This document shows, piece after piece, positions 10,409 to 23,828 of a stretch of DNA of 64,000 bases. A program made the position numbers and the translations under genes. A model generated the notes under the pieces. It saw only the letters and a program-made list of their open reading frames with translations. It was not told where the DNA came from and did not search any database. The stretch is from positions 16,996-80,995 of the forward strand of contig JBGFRS010000022.1 of NCBI GenBank assembly GCA_041694995.1. Direction: 5' to 3'. The stretch is from Pseudomonadota bacterium (GTDB lineage: Bacteria > Pseudomonadota > Alphaproteobacteria > Rhizobiales > UBA4765). Every line of letters begins with the position of its first letter. The first letter of the stretch is position 1.

Positions 10409-11059
10409 ATGGCGGTCCTTGTCAAGATCTGTGGGCTTTCGACGCCTGAAACGCTGGACGCCGCGCTCGATGCGGGCGCGGACATGGTCGGACTCGTCTT
10501 CTACGCTCGTTCGCCGCGCCACGTGATGCTGTCGCAGGCAAATAGGCTCGCAGCACAGGCGCGCGGGCGCGCGATGATCGTCGCACTCGTCGTCGACGTG
10601 GACGATGTCACGCTCGACGACATTCGGCGCGAGGTGCATCCCGACCTCTGGCAGTTGCACGGTAGGGAAACGATCGAGCGTGCCCGCGCGATCCGGACGG
10701 CGACCGGTACGCCGGTGATGAAGGCGATCGGCATCCGTTCTGCGGCCGATGTCGCGGAGGCCCGGCTCTACCTGCCCGCGGCCGACCGGCTTCTTCTGGA
10801 CGCCAAACCACCCGCCGATCCGTCGGCGCTGCCCGGCGGCAACGGACTTACCTTCGATTGGCGCCTCGTCGCCGACCTTTCCCCACCCTTGCCCTTCATG
10901 CTATCGGGCGGCCTCACGCCCGAGACGGTCGCGACCGCGATCGGCCTCGTCCGGCCACAAGCCGTCGACGTGTCATCGGGGGTCGAATCCGCGCCAGGCG
11001 TCAAAGACGTCAGCAAGATACGGGCTTTCCTCACGGCCGTGCGTGCGGCGAATGCCTGA
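10409..11059 (+). CDS. trpF: Phosphoribosylanthranilate isomerase
   Basis: [24 protein letters not shown] and VDVSSGVE motifs. Confidence 0.96.
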   Translation: MAVLVKICGLSTPETLDAALDAGADMVGLVFYARSPRHVMLSQANRLAAQARGRAMIVALVVDVDDVTLDDIRREVHPDLWQLHGRETIERARAIRTATGTPVMKAIGIRSAADVAEARLYLPAADRLLLDAKPPADPSALPGGNGLTFDWRLVADLSPPLPFMLSGGLTPETVATAIGLVRPQAVDVSSGVESAPGVKDVSKIRAFLTAVRAANA

Positions 11060-11072
11060 AACGGGGGATATC

Positions 11073-12293
11073 GTGACGGTTCAGCCGCTCAATTCGTTCC
11101 GAACGGGCCCTGACGAGCGCGGTTATTTCGGTCTCTACGGCGGGCGCTTCGTCGCCGAGACATTGATGCCGCTGATCCTCGAGCTGGAAGCGGCCTATCT
11201 CGCGGCGAAGGCCGATCCCGCCTTCCATGCGGAACTTAGCAAGCTCAACACGCACTATGCCGGGCGGCCGAGCCCGATGTATTTCGCCGAACGGCTCACC
11301 GCCCATCTTGGCGGCGCCAAGATCTATTTCAAGCGCGACGAGCTCAACCACACCGGCTCGCACAAGATCAACAATTGCCTCGGGCAGATCCTGCTCGCGA
11401 TGCGCATGGGCAAGACGCGCATCATCGCCGAGACCGGCGCGGGGCAGCACGGCGTGGCCGTCGCGACGGTGTGTGCGCGCTTCGGCCTCCCTTGCGTCGT
11501 TTATATGGGCGCGACCGACGTCGAGCGGCAGAAGCCGAACGTCTTCCGCATGAAGCTCCTCGGCGCGGAGGTGCGCCCGGTCACCTCCGGCAACGGCACC
11601 CTGAAGGACGCCATGAACGAGGCGCTGCGCGATTGGGTGACGAACGTCACGGACACCTACTACATCATCGGCACGGCGGCAGGTCCGCATCCCTATCCGA
11701 TGCTGGTGCGCGACTTCCAATCCGTCATCGGCACGGAAGCGAAGGCGCAGATCCTCGAAGTGGAAGGCCGGCTGCCGGATGCGCTCGTTGCGTGCATCGG
11801 GGGCGGGTCGAACGCGATCGGCCTGTTTCATCCCTTCCTCGACGACACGGACGTCGCGATCTTCGGCGTGGAGGCCGGCGGGCACGGGCTCAATGTTGAC
11901 AACGGCCATGCGGCGTCGATGACCGGCGGCCGTCCCGGTGTGTTGCACGGCAACCGTACCTATCTCTTGCAAGACGGTGACGGGCAGATTCTTGAAGGCC
12001 ATTCGATCTCGGCTGGTCTTGACTACCCCGGCGTCGGACCCGAGCATTCCTTCTTGCATGACACGAAGCGCGTCACCTATGTGGCGGTGACGGATGAGGA
12101 AGCGCTCGACGGGTTCCAGATGTGCACGCGGGTAGAGGGCATCATTCCGGCGCTCGAACCGGCGCATGCGCTCGCTTTCGTCAAGAAACATGCCCCGACG
12201 ATGCACAAAGATCAGATCCTGATCATGAATCTGTGCGGTCGCGGCGACAAGGACGTATTCACCGTTGCCGACAAGCTCGGTGTCAAGATGTGA
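11073..12293 (+). CDS. trpB: Tryptophan synthase beta chain
   Basis: [19 protein letters not shown] and [15 protein letters not shown] motifs; GTG start after GGGGGA. Confidence 0.98.
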   Translation: MTVQPLNSFRTGPDERGYFGLYGGRFVAETLMPLILELEAAYLAAKADPAFHAELSKLNTHYAGRPSPMYFAERLTAHLGGAKIYFKRDELNHTGSHKINNCLGQILLAMRMGKTRIIAETGAGQHGVAVATVCARFGLPCVVYMGATDVERQKPNVFRMKLLGAEVRPVTSGNGTLKDAMNEALRDWVTNVTDTYYIIGTAAGPHPYPMLVRDFQSVIGTEAKAQILEVEGRLPDALVACIGGGSNAIGLFHPFLDDTDVAIFGVEAGGHGLNVDNGHAASMTGGRPGVLHGNRTYLLQDGDGQILEGHSISAGLDYPGVGPEHSFLHDTKRVTYVAVTDEEALDGFQMCTRVEGIIPALEPAHALAFVKKHAPTMHKDQILIMNLCGRGDKDVFTVADKLGVKM

Positions 12294-12357
12294 CAGGCTC
12301 TGGTTCAGGGACTAAGCTTGACGGCGCGCTCCTCGCGCCAATCATCGGGAGGATGCA

Positions 12358-12519
12358 ATGGCCAATATCGCGATCGGCGACACCGTGAAACTGAATTCCG
12401 GCAGCCCCAACGTGACCGTGAAACGCATCGACCGCGACCACGCCCTCGTCTCCTTCACCGCGAATGACGGGCAGCCGATCGAGAAGAAGTTTCCACTCGT
12501 AAAGCTTATGAAGGCATGA
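12358..12519 (+). CDS. Small YodC/DUF2158-like protein, 53 aa (below ORF-track cutoff)
   Basis: [65 protein letters not shown] overlap with trpA. Confidence 0.72.
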   Translation: MANIAIGDTVKLNSGSPNVTVKRIDRDHALVSFTANDGQPIEKKFPLVKLMKA

Positions 12520-13349
12520 CGCGCCTCGACCGCCGCTTCGCTCAACTGAAGAGCGAGGGCCGCGCTGCCCTCGTCACCTTCGTCACGGCCGGTGATCCGG
12601 ACGTCGAGACCTCGCTCGAAATCCTGAAGGGATTGCCGGCCGCCGGCGCCGATCTGATCGAACTCGGCATGCCCTTCTCCGATCCGATGGCCGAGGGCCC
12701 TCCGATCCAGGCCTCCTCCGAACGGGCCCTGAAAGCGGGCATGACGCTCAACCGCGTCATCGACATGGCGCGCGCATTCCGCGAGAACGACCAGGACACG
12801 CCGCTCATCCTGATGGGCTATTACAACCCGATCTATTCGATGGGCGTCGCTGCGTTTCTCGCGGCGGCCAAGGCCGCCGGCGTCGACGGGCTGATCGTCG
12901 TCGACGTGCCGCCGGAGGCGGACGAAGAGCTGTGTCTGCCCGCGATGCGCGCCGGTCTCGCCTTCATCCGCCTCGCCACGCCGACGACGGACGAGAAGCG
13001 CTTGCCGCGCGTTCTCGAGAACACATCCGGCTTCGTCTATTATGTGTCGATCGCCGGCATCACCGGGACGGCCGCGCCGGACACGGGCAAGGTCGCGGCC
13101 GCGGTCAAGCGCATCAAGGCGAAGACGGCGCTGCCCGTTTGCGTTGGCTTCGGGGTCAAGTCACCGGACCAGGCCGCGACGATTGCGAGCGTGGCGGACG
13201 GCGTCGTGGTCGGCTCCGCCCTCGTCAATGCCGTGCGCGATTCGCTCGATGCCGGAAGGGTTTCCGCTCGGACGGTCGCCGCCGTTCACGATCTGGTCCG
13301 GGCGCTCGCCCAAGGCGTGCGCGCCGGCCGGCGCGTGGCTGCCGAGTGA
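12516..13349 (+). CDS. trpA: Tryptophan synthase alpha chain
   Basis: [32 protein letters not shown] and VVVGSA motifs. Confidence 0.98.
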   Translation: MTRLDRRFAQLKSEGRAALVTFVTAGDPDVETSLEILKGLPAAGADLIELGMPFSDPMAEGPPIQASSERALKAGMTLNRVIDMARAFRENDQDTPLILMGYYNPIYSMGVAAFLAAAKAAGVDGLIVVDVPPEADEELCLPAMRAGLAFIRLATPTTDEKRLPRVLENTSGFVYYVSIAGITGTAAPDTGKVAAAVKRIKAKTALPVCVGFGVKSPDQAATIASVADGVVVGSALVNAVRDSLDAGRVSARTVAAVHDLVRALAQGVRAGRRVAAE

Positions 13350-13402
13350 ATGCCGCAATTCAACCGCTATATCGAATCGGGCCCGTCGCCGGAGACACCA
13401 TC

Positions 13403-14308
13403 GTGAACTGGATCACCGACACGCTGAGGCCGCGCATCAAGAGCCTCCTTCGCCGCGATACGCCGGAAAATCTCTGGGTGAAATGCCCCGAGACCGGCGA
13501 GATGGTCTTCGTGAAGGAACTCGAGGCGAACCTCATGGTGGTGCCGAGTTCCGGCTACCACATGCGGCTCGGCGCCAAGGCGCGGCTTGCGGCCACGTTC
13601 GACAACGGCGCCTATGAGGAGATCGCTTTGCGCGAGGTCGCGACCGATCCGCTGCGCTTCCGCGACGAAAAGCGCTATTCGGACCGCTTGCGCGATGCGC
13701 GCGCCAAGACCGGTATGGCCGATGCCATCAAGGTCGCCGTCGGCACGATCGACGGGCTCGATGCCACCGTCATCGCGCAGGATTTCGACTTCATGGGTGG
13801 CTCGCTCGGCATGGCGGCCGGAGAGGCCGTCATCACCGGGCTCCGCAAGGCGGTCGAGCGGCGCACACCGGCAATCCTGTTCGCAGCCTCGGGTGGCGCG
13901 CGCATGCAGGAAGGCATTCTCTCGTTGATGCAGCTGCCGCGCACGACGGTCGCAGTGCAGGAACTCCGCGAGGTGCGCCTTCCCTACATCGTGGTGCTGA
14001 CCAATCCGACCACGGGCGGCGTCACCGCCTCATACGCCATGCTGGGCGACGTGCACATCGCCGAGCCTGGCGCGCTCATCGGGTTTGCCGGCCCGCGCGT
14101 GATCGAGCAGACCATTCGCGAGAAGCTGCCCGACGGCTTTCAGCGCTCGGAATACCTCCGCGACCACGGCATGGTCGACATGGTGGTGCCTCGCCACGAA
14201 CTGAAAGCGACGCTCGGGCGGCTGTGCCGGCTGCTCATGAACGCACCGGCCATCAACGCCGTCTCGGCCGAGCCTGAGGCCGAACCGGCGCGCATCGCGG
14301 CGGAGTAG
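13403..14308 (+). CDS. accD: Acetyl-CoA carboxylase carboxyltransferase beta subunit
   Basis: [23 protein letters not shown] and [11 protein letters not shown] motifs. Confidence 0.97.
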   Translation: MNWITDTLRPRIKSLLRRDTPENLWVKCPETGEMVFVKELEANLMVVPSSGYHMRLGAKARLAATFDNGAYEEIALREVATDPLRFRDEKRYSDRLRDARAKTGMADAIKVAVGTIDGLDATVIAQDFDFMGGSLGMAAGEAVITGLRKAVERRTPAILFAASGGARMQEGILSLMQLPRTTVAVQELREVRLPYIVVLTNPTTGGVTASYAMLGDVHIAEPGALIGFAGPRVIEQTIREKLPDGFQRSEYLRDHGMVDMVVPRHELKATLGRLCRLLMNAPAINAVSAEPEAEPARIAAE

Positions 14309-14330
14309 CGGTCCGGGCGTCTCGCAAACG

Positions 14331-14358
14331 AAAAGCCCGCGGCCATGCCGCGGGCTTC
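14331..14358. terminator. Intrinsic terminator hairpin between convergent accD and rpsA
   Basis: AAGCCCGCGGC-CAT-GCCGCGGGCTT perfect stem with an A-run on the left (U-tail for the minus strand). Confidence 0.85.
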
Positions 14359-14396
14359 GTCATTTCGGAAGGTGGTCGCGCTGGTGGCCGTCCCGA

Positions 14397-16112
14397 TCAC
14401 TTCTTGTCGTTGTTCGCGCGCTTCAAGGCCGCGCCCAGGATGTCGCCGAGCGAGGCCCCGGCATCGACCGAGCCGTACTGGGCGATCGCTTCCTTCTCCT
14501 CGGCCACTTCGAGCGCCTTGATCGATACCTGCACCTTGCGGGCGCGACGATCGAACAGGGTGACGCGCGCATCGACCTTCTCGCCGGGGGCGAAGCGCTC
14601 GGGGCGCTGGTCGGCGCGATCGCGCGCAAGCTCGGCACGGCGGATGAAGGCGGTGAGGTCGGTTCCGGCGATCTTCACCTCGACGCCGTTCTCCTTCACC
14701 TCGATCACTTCGCAGGTAACGATCGCACCCTTCTTGAGATCGGCGCCGGCGCCGCTCTCCGCCGCGAAGGGATCGCCGGCGAGTTGCTTGATGCCGAGCG
14801 AGATGCGCTCCTTCTCGACGTCGACGTCGAGCACGCTCGCCCTGACCATCTGGCCCTTCTGGTACTCCTCGAGCACCTGCTCACCGGGCCGGTTCCAATC
14901 GAGATCGGAGAGGTGCACCATGCCGTCGACCTCGCCGTCGAGCCCGAGGAACAGACCGAACTCGGTCTTGTTCTTGACCTCGCCCTCGACGATCGAGCCG
15001 ACCGGGTGCTTCTCGAGGAAGACCTCCCACGGGTTGCCCATGGTCTGCTTCAGGCCGAGCGAGATGCGCCGCTTCGAGGAATCGACCTCAAGCACCATCA
15101 CTTCGACCTCCTGCGAAGTCGATAGGATCTTGCCGGGGTGCACGTTCTTCTTCACCCACGACATCTCCGACACGTGGATGAGGCCCTCGATGCCCGGCTC
15201 CAGCTCGACGAAGGCGCCGTAGTCCGTGATGTTGGTAACGCGGCCCGAGAACTTGGCGTTGATCGGATATTTCGCTTCGATGTCGTGCCAGGGATCGGCA
15301 AGAAGCTGCTTCATGCCGAGCGAGATGCGGTGCGTCTCCGGGTTGACCTTGATGATCTGCACCTTCACCTGCTGTCCGATGTTGAGCACCTCGGAGGGGT
15401 GATTGATGCGCCGCCAGGCGATGTCGGTGACGTGCAGGAGCCCATCGATGCCACCGAGATCGACGAAGGCGCCGTAGTCGGTGATGTTTTTTACCACGCC
15501 GTCGATGATCTGGCCTTCGGCGAGGTTCGCCACCAGTTCGGCGCGGGCATCCGCGCGCGTCTCTTCGAGCACGGTGCGACGCGAGACGACGATATTGCCG
15601 CGGCGCCGATCCATCTTGAGGATCTGGAAGGGCTGCGACACGTTCATGAGCGGGCCGATGTCGCGCACGGGACGAATGTCCACCTGGCTGCGCGGCAGGA
15701 AGGCGACGGCGCCGTCGAGGTCGACCGTGTAGCCGCCCTTCACCGTGTTGAAGATCGTGCCGTTGACCTTCTCGTTCGCCTTGAAGGCGCGCTCGAGCTT
15801 CACCCAGCTCTCTTCGCGCCGCGCTTTGTCGCGCGACAGCACGGCCTCACCGAGCGCGTTCTCGACACGCTCGAGATAGACTTCCACGATGTCGCCGACG
15901 TTCGGCATTTCGCGGCCGGGTCCGGTGAATTCCTTGATCGCGATGCGGCCCTCGGTCTTCAGGCCGATGTCGATGACGACGAGGTCTCTTTCGAGGCCGA
16001 CGACGCGGCCGGACACGACGGTGCCCTCCATCATGGCGTCGTCGTTGAAGGAGGCGTCGAGGAGAGCGGCGAAATCCTCGCGGCTCGGGTTCATTGCAGA
16101 TCGGGTTGCCAT
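14397..16112 (-). CDS. rpsA: 30S ribosomal protein S1
   Basis: Repeated S1 domains (NITDYGAFV, LHVTDIAW, RISLGxKQ); ATG 16112 with AGGAG SD. Confidence 0.98.
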   Translation of the reverse strand: MATRSAMNPSREDFAALLDASFNDDAMMEGTVVSGRVVGLERDLVVIDIGLKTEGRIAIKEFTGPGREMPNVGDIVEVYLERVENALGEAVLSRDKARREESWVKLERAFKANEKVNGTIFNTVKGGYTVDLDGAVAFLPRSQVDIRPVRDIGPLMNVSQPFQILKMDRRRGNIVVSRRTVLEETRADARAELVANLAEGQIIDGVVKNITDYGAFVDLGGIDGLLHVTDIAWRRINHPSEVLNIGQQVKVQIIKVNPETHRISLGMKQLLADPWHDIEAKYPINAKFSGRVTNITDYGAFVELEPGIEGLIHVSEMSWVKKNVHPGKILSTSQEVEVMVLEVDSSKRRISLGLKQTMGNPWEVFLEKHPVGSIVEGEVKNKTEFGLFLGLDGEVDGMVHLSDLDWNRPGEQVLEEYQKGQMVRASVLDVDVEKERISLGIKQLAGDPFAAESGAGADLKKGAIVTCEVIEVKENGVEVKIAGTDLTAFIRRAELARDRADQRPERFAPGEKVDARVTLFDRRARKVQVSIKALEVAEEKEAIAQYGSVDAGASLGDILGAALKRANNDKK

Positions 16113-16296
16113 TGATGCTCCTGAGGCCGCCGCGATCTTCGCGGCCGGCCGGCGCCGGCTGTTACGTGTTGCGTTCATCGTCCGCTCGGACCGGGCCTCC
16201 ACGAAGGAGGCTTCGCCCGGGTTGAACCGGGGGCCAGCGCGCCGTGCCAGGCGGACGACGGGTTGTCATGCTTGTTTCGGGACGACGCGGCGGCAT

Positions 16297-18344
<2,048 letters not shown>

Positions 18345-18402
18345 TCACCTTTTCCGCGATAGAACCCTTCGAACCGCCCCATTCACCCAGCATCTCCCCG
18401 GC

Positions 18403-19989
18403 ATGGCTCTCGTCCGCAATTTCTTCACGGTCGGCGTCGCGACCCTCGGCAGCCGCGTCATGGGGTTCGTGCGCGACGTGCTGATGGCGGCAACCATGGG
18501 CACCGGCCCCGTGGCTGACGCCTTCGTCGTCGCATTCCGCTTGCCGAATCTGTTCCGGCGGCTGTTCGCTGAAGGCGCCTTCAACTCTGCCTTCGTGCCG
18601 CTCTTCGCAAAGAAGCTCGGCAATGATGGGAAACGAGATGCCCGGCAATTCGCCGAGGATGCCCTGGCGGTCCTGTTCTGGACGCTCGCGATTCTGACTG
18701 GGATCGCAATGATCTTCATGCCGGCACTCGTCTACGTCATGGCTCCCGGCTTCGTGAGCCAACCGGAGAAGTTTGAGGACGCGGTCCTCTTCAGTCAGAT
18801 TTGCTTTCCCTACCTCGCCTGCATGTCGCTAATTGCGTTGTTTGCAGGAGTACTGAACTCGGTCGGGCGTTTCGCGGCAGCAGCGTGGGCGCCGCTTCTC
18901 ATGAACTTCGTGCTGGTGCTCGGCCTACTCGCTGCCGGGGCCTGGGGCTACATCGGCACGCGTGAGACCGGCATCGTGGTCTCGATCTCGGTCGCGCTCG
19001 CCGGCATCGCCCAGCTCGCCCTTCTCGTCGTCGCGACCGAACGCGCCGGCTGGACGCTCACCTTGCGCGCGCCGCGCCTCACGCCCGAAGTGAAGCGCAT
19101 GTTCGCCCTCGCTGTGCCGGGCGTGATCGCGGGCGGCGTGCAACAGATCAACCTCGTCGTCGGCACCATCATCGCCTCGAGTGCGCCGGCAGCGATCTCT
19201 TGGCTCTACTACGCAGATCGCCTCTACCAACTGCCGCTCGGCATCGTCGGCATCGCCATCGGCGTGGTGCTCCTGCCCGAAATCGCACGCCAACTGCGCG
19301 AGGGCGATGCGCGCGTCGGTCACACGCAGAACCGCGCCTTCGAACTCGCCATGATGCTGACGCTGCCGGCCGCAACCGCGCTCGCGCTCGTACCGCACGC
19401 GATCATCGGCGGGTTGTTCGAGCGCGGCGCCTTCACCGCGAACGACACGCATGCCGTCGCTATCGCGTTGGCAGCCTTCGCGGCCGGTCTGCCCGGATTC
19501 GTGCTGACCAAGGTGTTCTCGCCGGGGTTCTTCGCACGCGAAGACACGACCTGGCCGATGATCTTCGCTGTGATCAGCGTCGCCGTGAACGTCGCGTTCA
19601 GCCTCGCGCTGTTCCCCCTCATCGGACATGTCGGCATCGCCATCGCGACCTCGATCGCGGGCTGGGTCAACGCGCTCCTGCTCTGGTTGGTCTTGTGGCG
19701 GCGTGGTCACTTTGCCTGGGACCGGCTGCTCACGCGGCGGCTCGGCGCAATCCTGATCGCGAGCGCGGTGATGGGCGCCGCGCTGCTCGCCCTCAACGCC
19801 GTCGCCGCGCCCTACCTTGCCACCTCGCAGTCCTTCCTCATCAAGGTCGCGGCGCTCGGCGTCCTCTGCGGCGGGGGGCTTGCCGTCTATGCGATCGTCC
19901 TCGTTCTTCTCGGCGGCGCCGATCACATGGCTCTGAAGGAAGCCTTCCGCCGGCGCAAGGGCGCGGCGCCGGTGGTCGACAGCGCTTGA
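18403..19989 (+). CDS. murJ: Lipid II flippase MurJ
   Basis: SRVMGFVRD, AFRLPNLFRRLFAEGAF and YADRLYQLPLG motifs. Confidence 0.96.
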   Translation: MALVRNFFTVGVATLGSRVMGFVRDVLMAATMGTGPVADAFVVAFRLPNLFRRLFAEGAFNSAFVPLFAKKLGNDGKRDARQFAEDALAVLFWTLAILTGIAMIFMPALVYVMAPGFVSQPEKFEDAVLFSQICFPYLACMSLIALFAGVLNSVGRFAAAAWAPLLMNFVLVLGLLAAGAWGYIGTRETGIVVSISVALAGIAQLALLVVATERAGWTLTLRAPRLTPEVKRMFALAVPGVIAGGVQQINLVVGTIIASSAPAAISWLYYADRLYQLPLGIVGIAIGVVLLPEIARQLREGDARVGHTQNRAFELAMMLTLPAATALALVPHAIIGGLFERGAFTANDTHAVAIALAAFAAGLPGFVLTKVFSPGFFAREDTTWPMIFAVISVAVNVAFSLALFPLIGHVGIAIATSIAGWVNALLLWLVLWRRGHFAWDRLLTRRLGAILIASAVMGAALLALNAVAAPYLATSQSFLIKVAALGVLCGGGLAVYAIVLVLLGGADHMALKEAFRRRKGAAPVVDSA

Positions 19990-20041
19990 ATCCCCAGTAT
20001 TCCACGGCCATAAGGCGCCTCCCTGTTTCGGATGATGGCCC

Positions 20042-21076
20042 ATGACGACCTTTCCGCCGCGCGTCTTTTCCGGCATGCAGCCGACCCACACGCTGCACAT
20101 CGGCAACTATCTCGGGGCCCTGCAGCGCTGGGTCGACATGCAGAAGACGCACGACTGCATCTTCTGTGTGGTCGACATGCACGCGGTCACGGTGTGGCAG
20201 GATCCGGACGACCTCTTGCGCGCCATCCGCGAGGTGACGGCGGCCTACATCGCCGCCGGCATCAATCCGAAACGCTCAATTGTGTTCAACCAGAGCCAAG
20301 TTGCCGAACATGCCGAGCTCGCCTGGGTGTTCAACTGCGTCGCGCGCCTCGGTTGGCTCAACCGCATGACGCAGTTCAAGGAAAAGGCGGGCAAGGACCG
20401 CGAGAATGCGTCCGTCGGGCTCTACGCCTATCCGAACCTGATGGCCGCCGACATCCTCGTCTACCGCGGCACGCATGTGCCGGTCGGGGAAGATCAAAAG
20501 CAGCATCTCGAACTTGCGCGCGACATCGCGCAGAAGTTCAACGTCGACTACGCCGAGCGCATCGCCGCGCTCGGGCATGGCGATGCCTTCTTCCCGCTTC
20601 CCGAGCCGCTGACGCAGGGCCCGGCACCGCGCGTGATGAGCCTGCGTGACGGCACGAAAAAGATGTCGAAGTCCGACCCATCGGACTATTCGCGCATCAA
20701 CCTGACCGACGACCAGGATACGATCGCGCAGAAAATCCGGAAGGCAAAAACCGATCCCGAGCCCTTGCCGTCAGAAGAAAAGGGCCTCGAGAATCGGCCG
20801 GAGGCGGAAAACCTCGTGACGATCTACGCCGCGCTCGCGGGCGAGGCCCCGGCCGCCGTTCTCGCCGCCTATGGCGGCGGACAATTCTCGACGTTCAAGA
20901 GCGCCCTTGCCGATCTCGCCGTGCACAAGCTCGGCCCGATCGCCGCCGAGATGCGCCGGCTGCTCGCCGACACGTCGGTGATCGATCACTTCCTGCGGGA
21001 CGGGGCGGCGCGCGCGCGGGCGATCGCCGCGCCGATCATGCGCGATGTGAAGGATATCGTCGGCTTCTTGCGCTGA
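20042..21076 (+). CDS. trpS: Tryptophanyl-tRNA synthetase
   Basis: [25 protein letters not shown] and KMSKS motifs. Confidence 0.98.
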   Translation: MTTFPPRVFSGMQPTHTLHIGNYLGALQRWVDMQKTHDCIFCVVDMHAVTVWQDPDDLLRAIREVTAAYIAAGINPKRSIVFNQSQVAEHAELAWVFNCVARLGWLNRMTQFKEKAGKDRENASVGLYAYPNLMAADILVYRGTHVPVGEDQKQHLELARDIAQKFNVDYAERIAALGHGDAFFPLPEPLTQGPAPRVMSLRDGTKKMSKSDPSDYSRINLTDDQDTIAQKIRKAKTDPEPLPSEEKGLENRPEAENLVTIYAALAGEAPAAVLAAYGGGQFSTFKSALADLAVHKLGPIAAEMRRLLADTSVIDHFLRDGAARARAIAAPIMRDVKDIVGFLR

Positions 21077-21481
21077 TTACTTGCCGGCGAGCACGTGGCT
21101 CGCCGAGCGAATGTACTTCTTGCCTGCTTCTTCCGCGCAGCGAACGGCATCGGGCAGGCGCTGTCCGTCGGCGCGGAGTTTCGCGAGTTTAACCAGCATG
21201 GGCAGGTTCATGCCGGCGATCACCTCGATCGGACCCTCGTCCATGATCGAGATCGCCAGGTTCGAGGGCGTGCCGCCGAATAGGTCGGTCAAAATGATGA
21301 CACCCGCTCCAGTGTCAACCGAGCGGGCGGCTTCCAGGATGTCGCGACGACGACGATCCATGTCGTCGTTCGGTCCAATGCAGATCGTCGCAATGTGTTT
21401 CTGCGGCCCGACGACGTGCTCCAGAGCGGAGCGGAACTCATCCGCCAGGCGACCATGTGTAACGAGGACGAGACCGATCAT
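21077..21481 (-). CDS. PTS EIIA (mannose/fructose-family, ManX-like)
   Basis: MIGLVLVTHG, TDLFGGTPSN and GMNLPML motifs. Confidence 0.92.
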   Translation of the reverse strand: MIGLVLVTHGRLADEFRSALEHVVGPQKHIATICIGPNDDMDRRRRDILEAARSVDTGAGVIILTDLFGGTPSNLAISIMDEGPIEVIAGMNLPMLVKLAKLRADGQRLPDAVRCAEEAGKKYIRSASHVLAGK

Positions 21482-21584
21482 TCAGAACTCGTGTCGCGGG
21501 TGACATCGAAACGTCTATGGCCCGTCACAGGGGCGACATATCTGTCCCTTTTTGCGACGCAATACAAGTGGGTGCGACGCAACA

Positions 21585-22055
21585 TCACGCGGAAACCTCC
21601 ACATCCGCACGAACGGCAGTGACTGCCAGAACCAGTCGCGCGACGGGGTCAGGCTCGTCCGGCGCGATGGCGACGCACGGAAGCCGAACTCCCTCGATCA
21701 AGCTCTCTGTTTGGTGAACAGAAGGTAAACGCTGCGACGCGACCCGATCGACGATGAGGCCGACGACGCAGATCGGCTCGTGGCGGAAGGCCAAAAGGCC
21801 GTGTCCGCGAGCTTCGATTCGCCCGGCAAGGCGTGGATCCGGCCATGCCAAGAGCCGCCCATTCACGGCCTCGACCCAAGTCTGATCGTCGGCAACGAGC
21901 CTGACGAGCGCTGGGGTTCGGGCAGGGACGATCACTGGCGGGCGCGCAAGGAGAGCGAGGGCCAGTGCTGACTTGCCCGAGCCGGACGATCCTCGGATCA
22001 GAACACCGCGCTCGCCGAGGAGAACGGTGGTCGCGTGGAGGCGCTGCGCGCTCAT
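21585..22055 (-). CDS. hprK: Short HPr kinase/phosphorylase (alphaproteobacterial type)
   Basis: HATTV, GSSGSGKS Walker A, LVADD and IEARG motifs; 4-nt overlap with chvG. Confidence 0.88.
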   Translation of the reverse strand: MSAQRLHATTVLLGERGVLIRGSSGSGKSALALALLARPPVIVPARTPALVRLVADDQTWVEAVNGRLLAWPDPRLAGRIEARGHGLLAFRHEPICVVGLIVDRVASQRLPSVHQTESLIEGVRLPCVAIAPDEPDPVARLVLAVTAVRADVEVSA

Positions 22056-23821
22056 GCCGCCGGCAGGCGAACGACAAAGCGCGCGCCCAGAATGCGCACC
22101 CCGACCTCCGCGGAGGCGTCGTCGACCATGCGGTTCGTCGCGACGATTGTCCCGCGATGGGCCTCAACGATCTGCTTCGAGATCGACAGGCCAAGGCCGG
22201 AATTGTTCCCGAAGGCGCTCTCCGGGCGGTCGGTGTAGAAACGCTCGAAGATCCGCTCGATCGGTTCCACGCGGATGCCAGGGCCATCATCGTCAACGAC
22301 AACTTCGACCACCCCGCCCTCGCGTCGAACCGTCACGCGCACCTCGGTGTCGGGCGCCGAGAAGGACTTGGCATTATCGATGAGGTTCGCAAACACCTGT
22401 CCCAGACGCATCTCATGGCCCTGCACGAACAGGGCCTTGGTGCCCAGAGCGTGCTGAACCAGCGACACCGCAATGTTCGGTTCCCCGGCACGGCGCGTGT
22501 CGTTCTGCAGCTGTGCGACCGCCGAGACAATGCGCCCGACATCGATCAGGGTCGCGCTATCGCGCTGCAGCTCGGCATCGAGGCGCGAGGCATCGGAGAT
22601 GTCGGTGATCAAGCGGTCGAGCCGGCGCACGTCGTGCTGAATAATGGAGAGAAGTCGCGCGCGCGCCTCGTCGGTGCGGGCGAGCGGCAAGGTTTCAACT
22701 GCGCTGCGCAGCGAGGTGAGCGGGTTCTTGAGTTCATGCGCCACGTCGGCCGCGAAGCGTTCGATGGCTTCGATCCGGTCGTAGAGCGCTCCCGTCATGT
22801 CGCGCAGCGACTTCGACAGATGGCCGATCTCGTCGGTACGGTCGGTGAAGTTCGGGATTTCCTCGCGCGCGCGCGTGCCGCGACCGACGCGCTCGGCGGC
22901 TTCCGATAACCGGCGCACCGGCCCAGCGATCGAGGCGGAGAGCATGATCGACAGGAGCACCATCACGAGGGCGACGACAGCAAACACACGAAGAATCGCA
23001 CGCCGCTCCGCATCCACGATCGAATCGATGTCGCCGGGCTGCGTCGACAGCAGCAATGCTCCGATGGTTGCACCAGAACGCTGTACAGGTGCGGCAACGG
23101 AGACGATCAGTTCCCCGCGGTCGTTGACGCGCACGATCGAATATGAGCGGCCGTCGAGGGCTTGCGCCACTTCCGTGTACGAGCGGCCCTCGCTCGCGCC
23201 AAGTTCGCGGTAGCGCGGCAAGTCGTACCGACCGAACACGACGCGCATCGTACGCCAAAGGCGGTCGAGCCAGGTCGGGCTCGGCGCATCGGGTGAGGGT
23301 TCGTTGCGTCCGACCTGGCCGCGCGTGAAGAGAAAGCGCGAGTCGATGACGAGCGTGCCATCGGCATCATAGACACGCGCGCGCAAGCGGGCCGGACCGA
23401 CCAGACGGCGGATGACGGGTGCGACGCGTTCCGGGTTGATACCGAATTCGATCTGCGCCTCGTGCGAGAAGGGATCGTTCGGATCTCCGGGTTCGACGTT
23501 GAGGAGACGTTCGGGGTCGAGCGTGATCGATCCCTGGTCGACGGTCGCAGAGCCAGCAATCGCAGCGGCGATGATCTCTCCCTGGATCGACAGACTCTGC
23601 ACGCGCGCTTCGATCAAGCCGGCGCGATACTGGTTGAGGTACAGGATGCCGAGAAGGATCGCGGCAAGGCCGACGAGGTTGATGACAAGAATGCGCCGCG
23701 TGAGCGAGGAGAAAACGTGCGCGCCAAGTGACCGTCCGAGCCGCGCGGCGCGCAAGCGCCATGCCCGCGCAACCCCGCTGCGGAAACCGCGCTTCGTTGC
23801 GCGGCCAGCCCAGAACGCCAC
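22052..23821 (-). CDS. chvG: Sensor histidine kinase ChvG/ExoS (start uncertain)
   Basis: SSLTRRILVINL, FAADVAHELKNPLTSLRSAVE and RFYTDRP...GNNSGLGLSIS motifs. Confidence 0.95.
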   Translation of the reverse strand: MAFWAGRATKRGFRSGVARAWRLRAARLGRSLGAHVFSSLTRRILVINLVGLAAILLGILYLNQYRAGLIEARVQSLSIQGEIIAAAIAGSATVDQGSITLDPERLLNVEPGDPNDPFSHEAQIEFGINPERVAPVIRRLVGPARLRARVYDADGTLVIDSRFLFTRGQVGRNEPSPDAPSPTWLDRLWRTMRVVFGRYDLPRYRELGASEGRSYTEVAQALDGRSYSIVRVNDRGELIVSVAAPVQRSGATIGALLLSTQPGDIDSIVDAERRAILRVFAVVALVMVLLSIMLSASIAGPVRRLSEAAERVGRGTRAREEIPNFTDRTDEIGHLSKSLRDMTGALYDRIEAIERFAADVAHELKNPLTSLRSAVETLPLARTDEARARLLSIIQHDVRRLDRLITDISDASRLDAELQRDSATLIDVGRIVSAVAQLQNDTRRAGEPNIAVSLVQHALGTKALFVQGHEMRLGQVFANLIDNAKSFSAPDTEVRVTVRREGGVVEVVVDDDGPGIRVEPIERIFERFYTDRPESAFGNNSGLGLSISKQIVEAHRGTIVATNRMVDDASAEVGVRILGARFVVRLPAA

Positions 23822-23828
23822 GGCCAGA

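Noticed and set aside
16113..16296. N-terminal extension of RpsA or a riboswitch in the cmk-rpsA spacer
   Set aside because: The SD supports ATG 16112; no known RNA motif recognised, probably an ordinary rpsA leader
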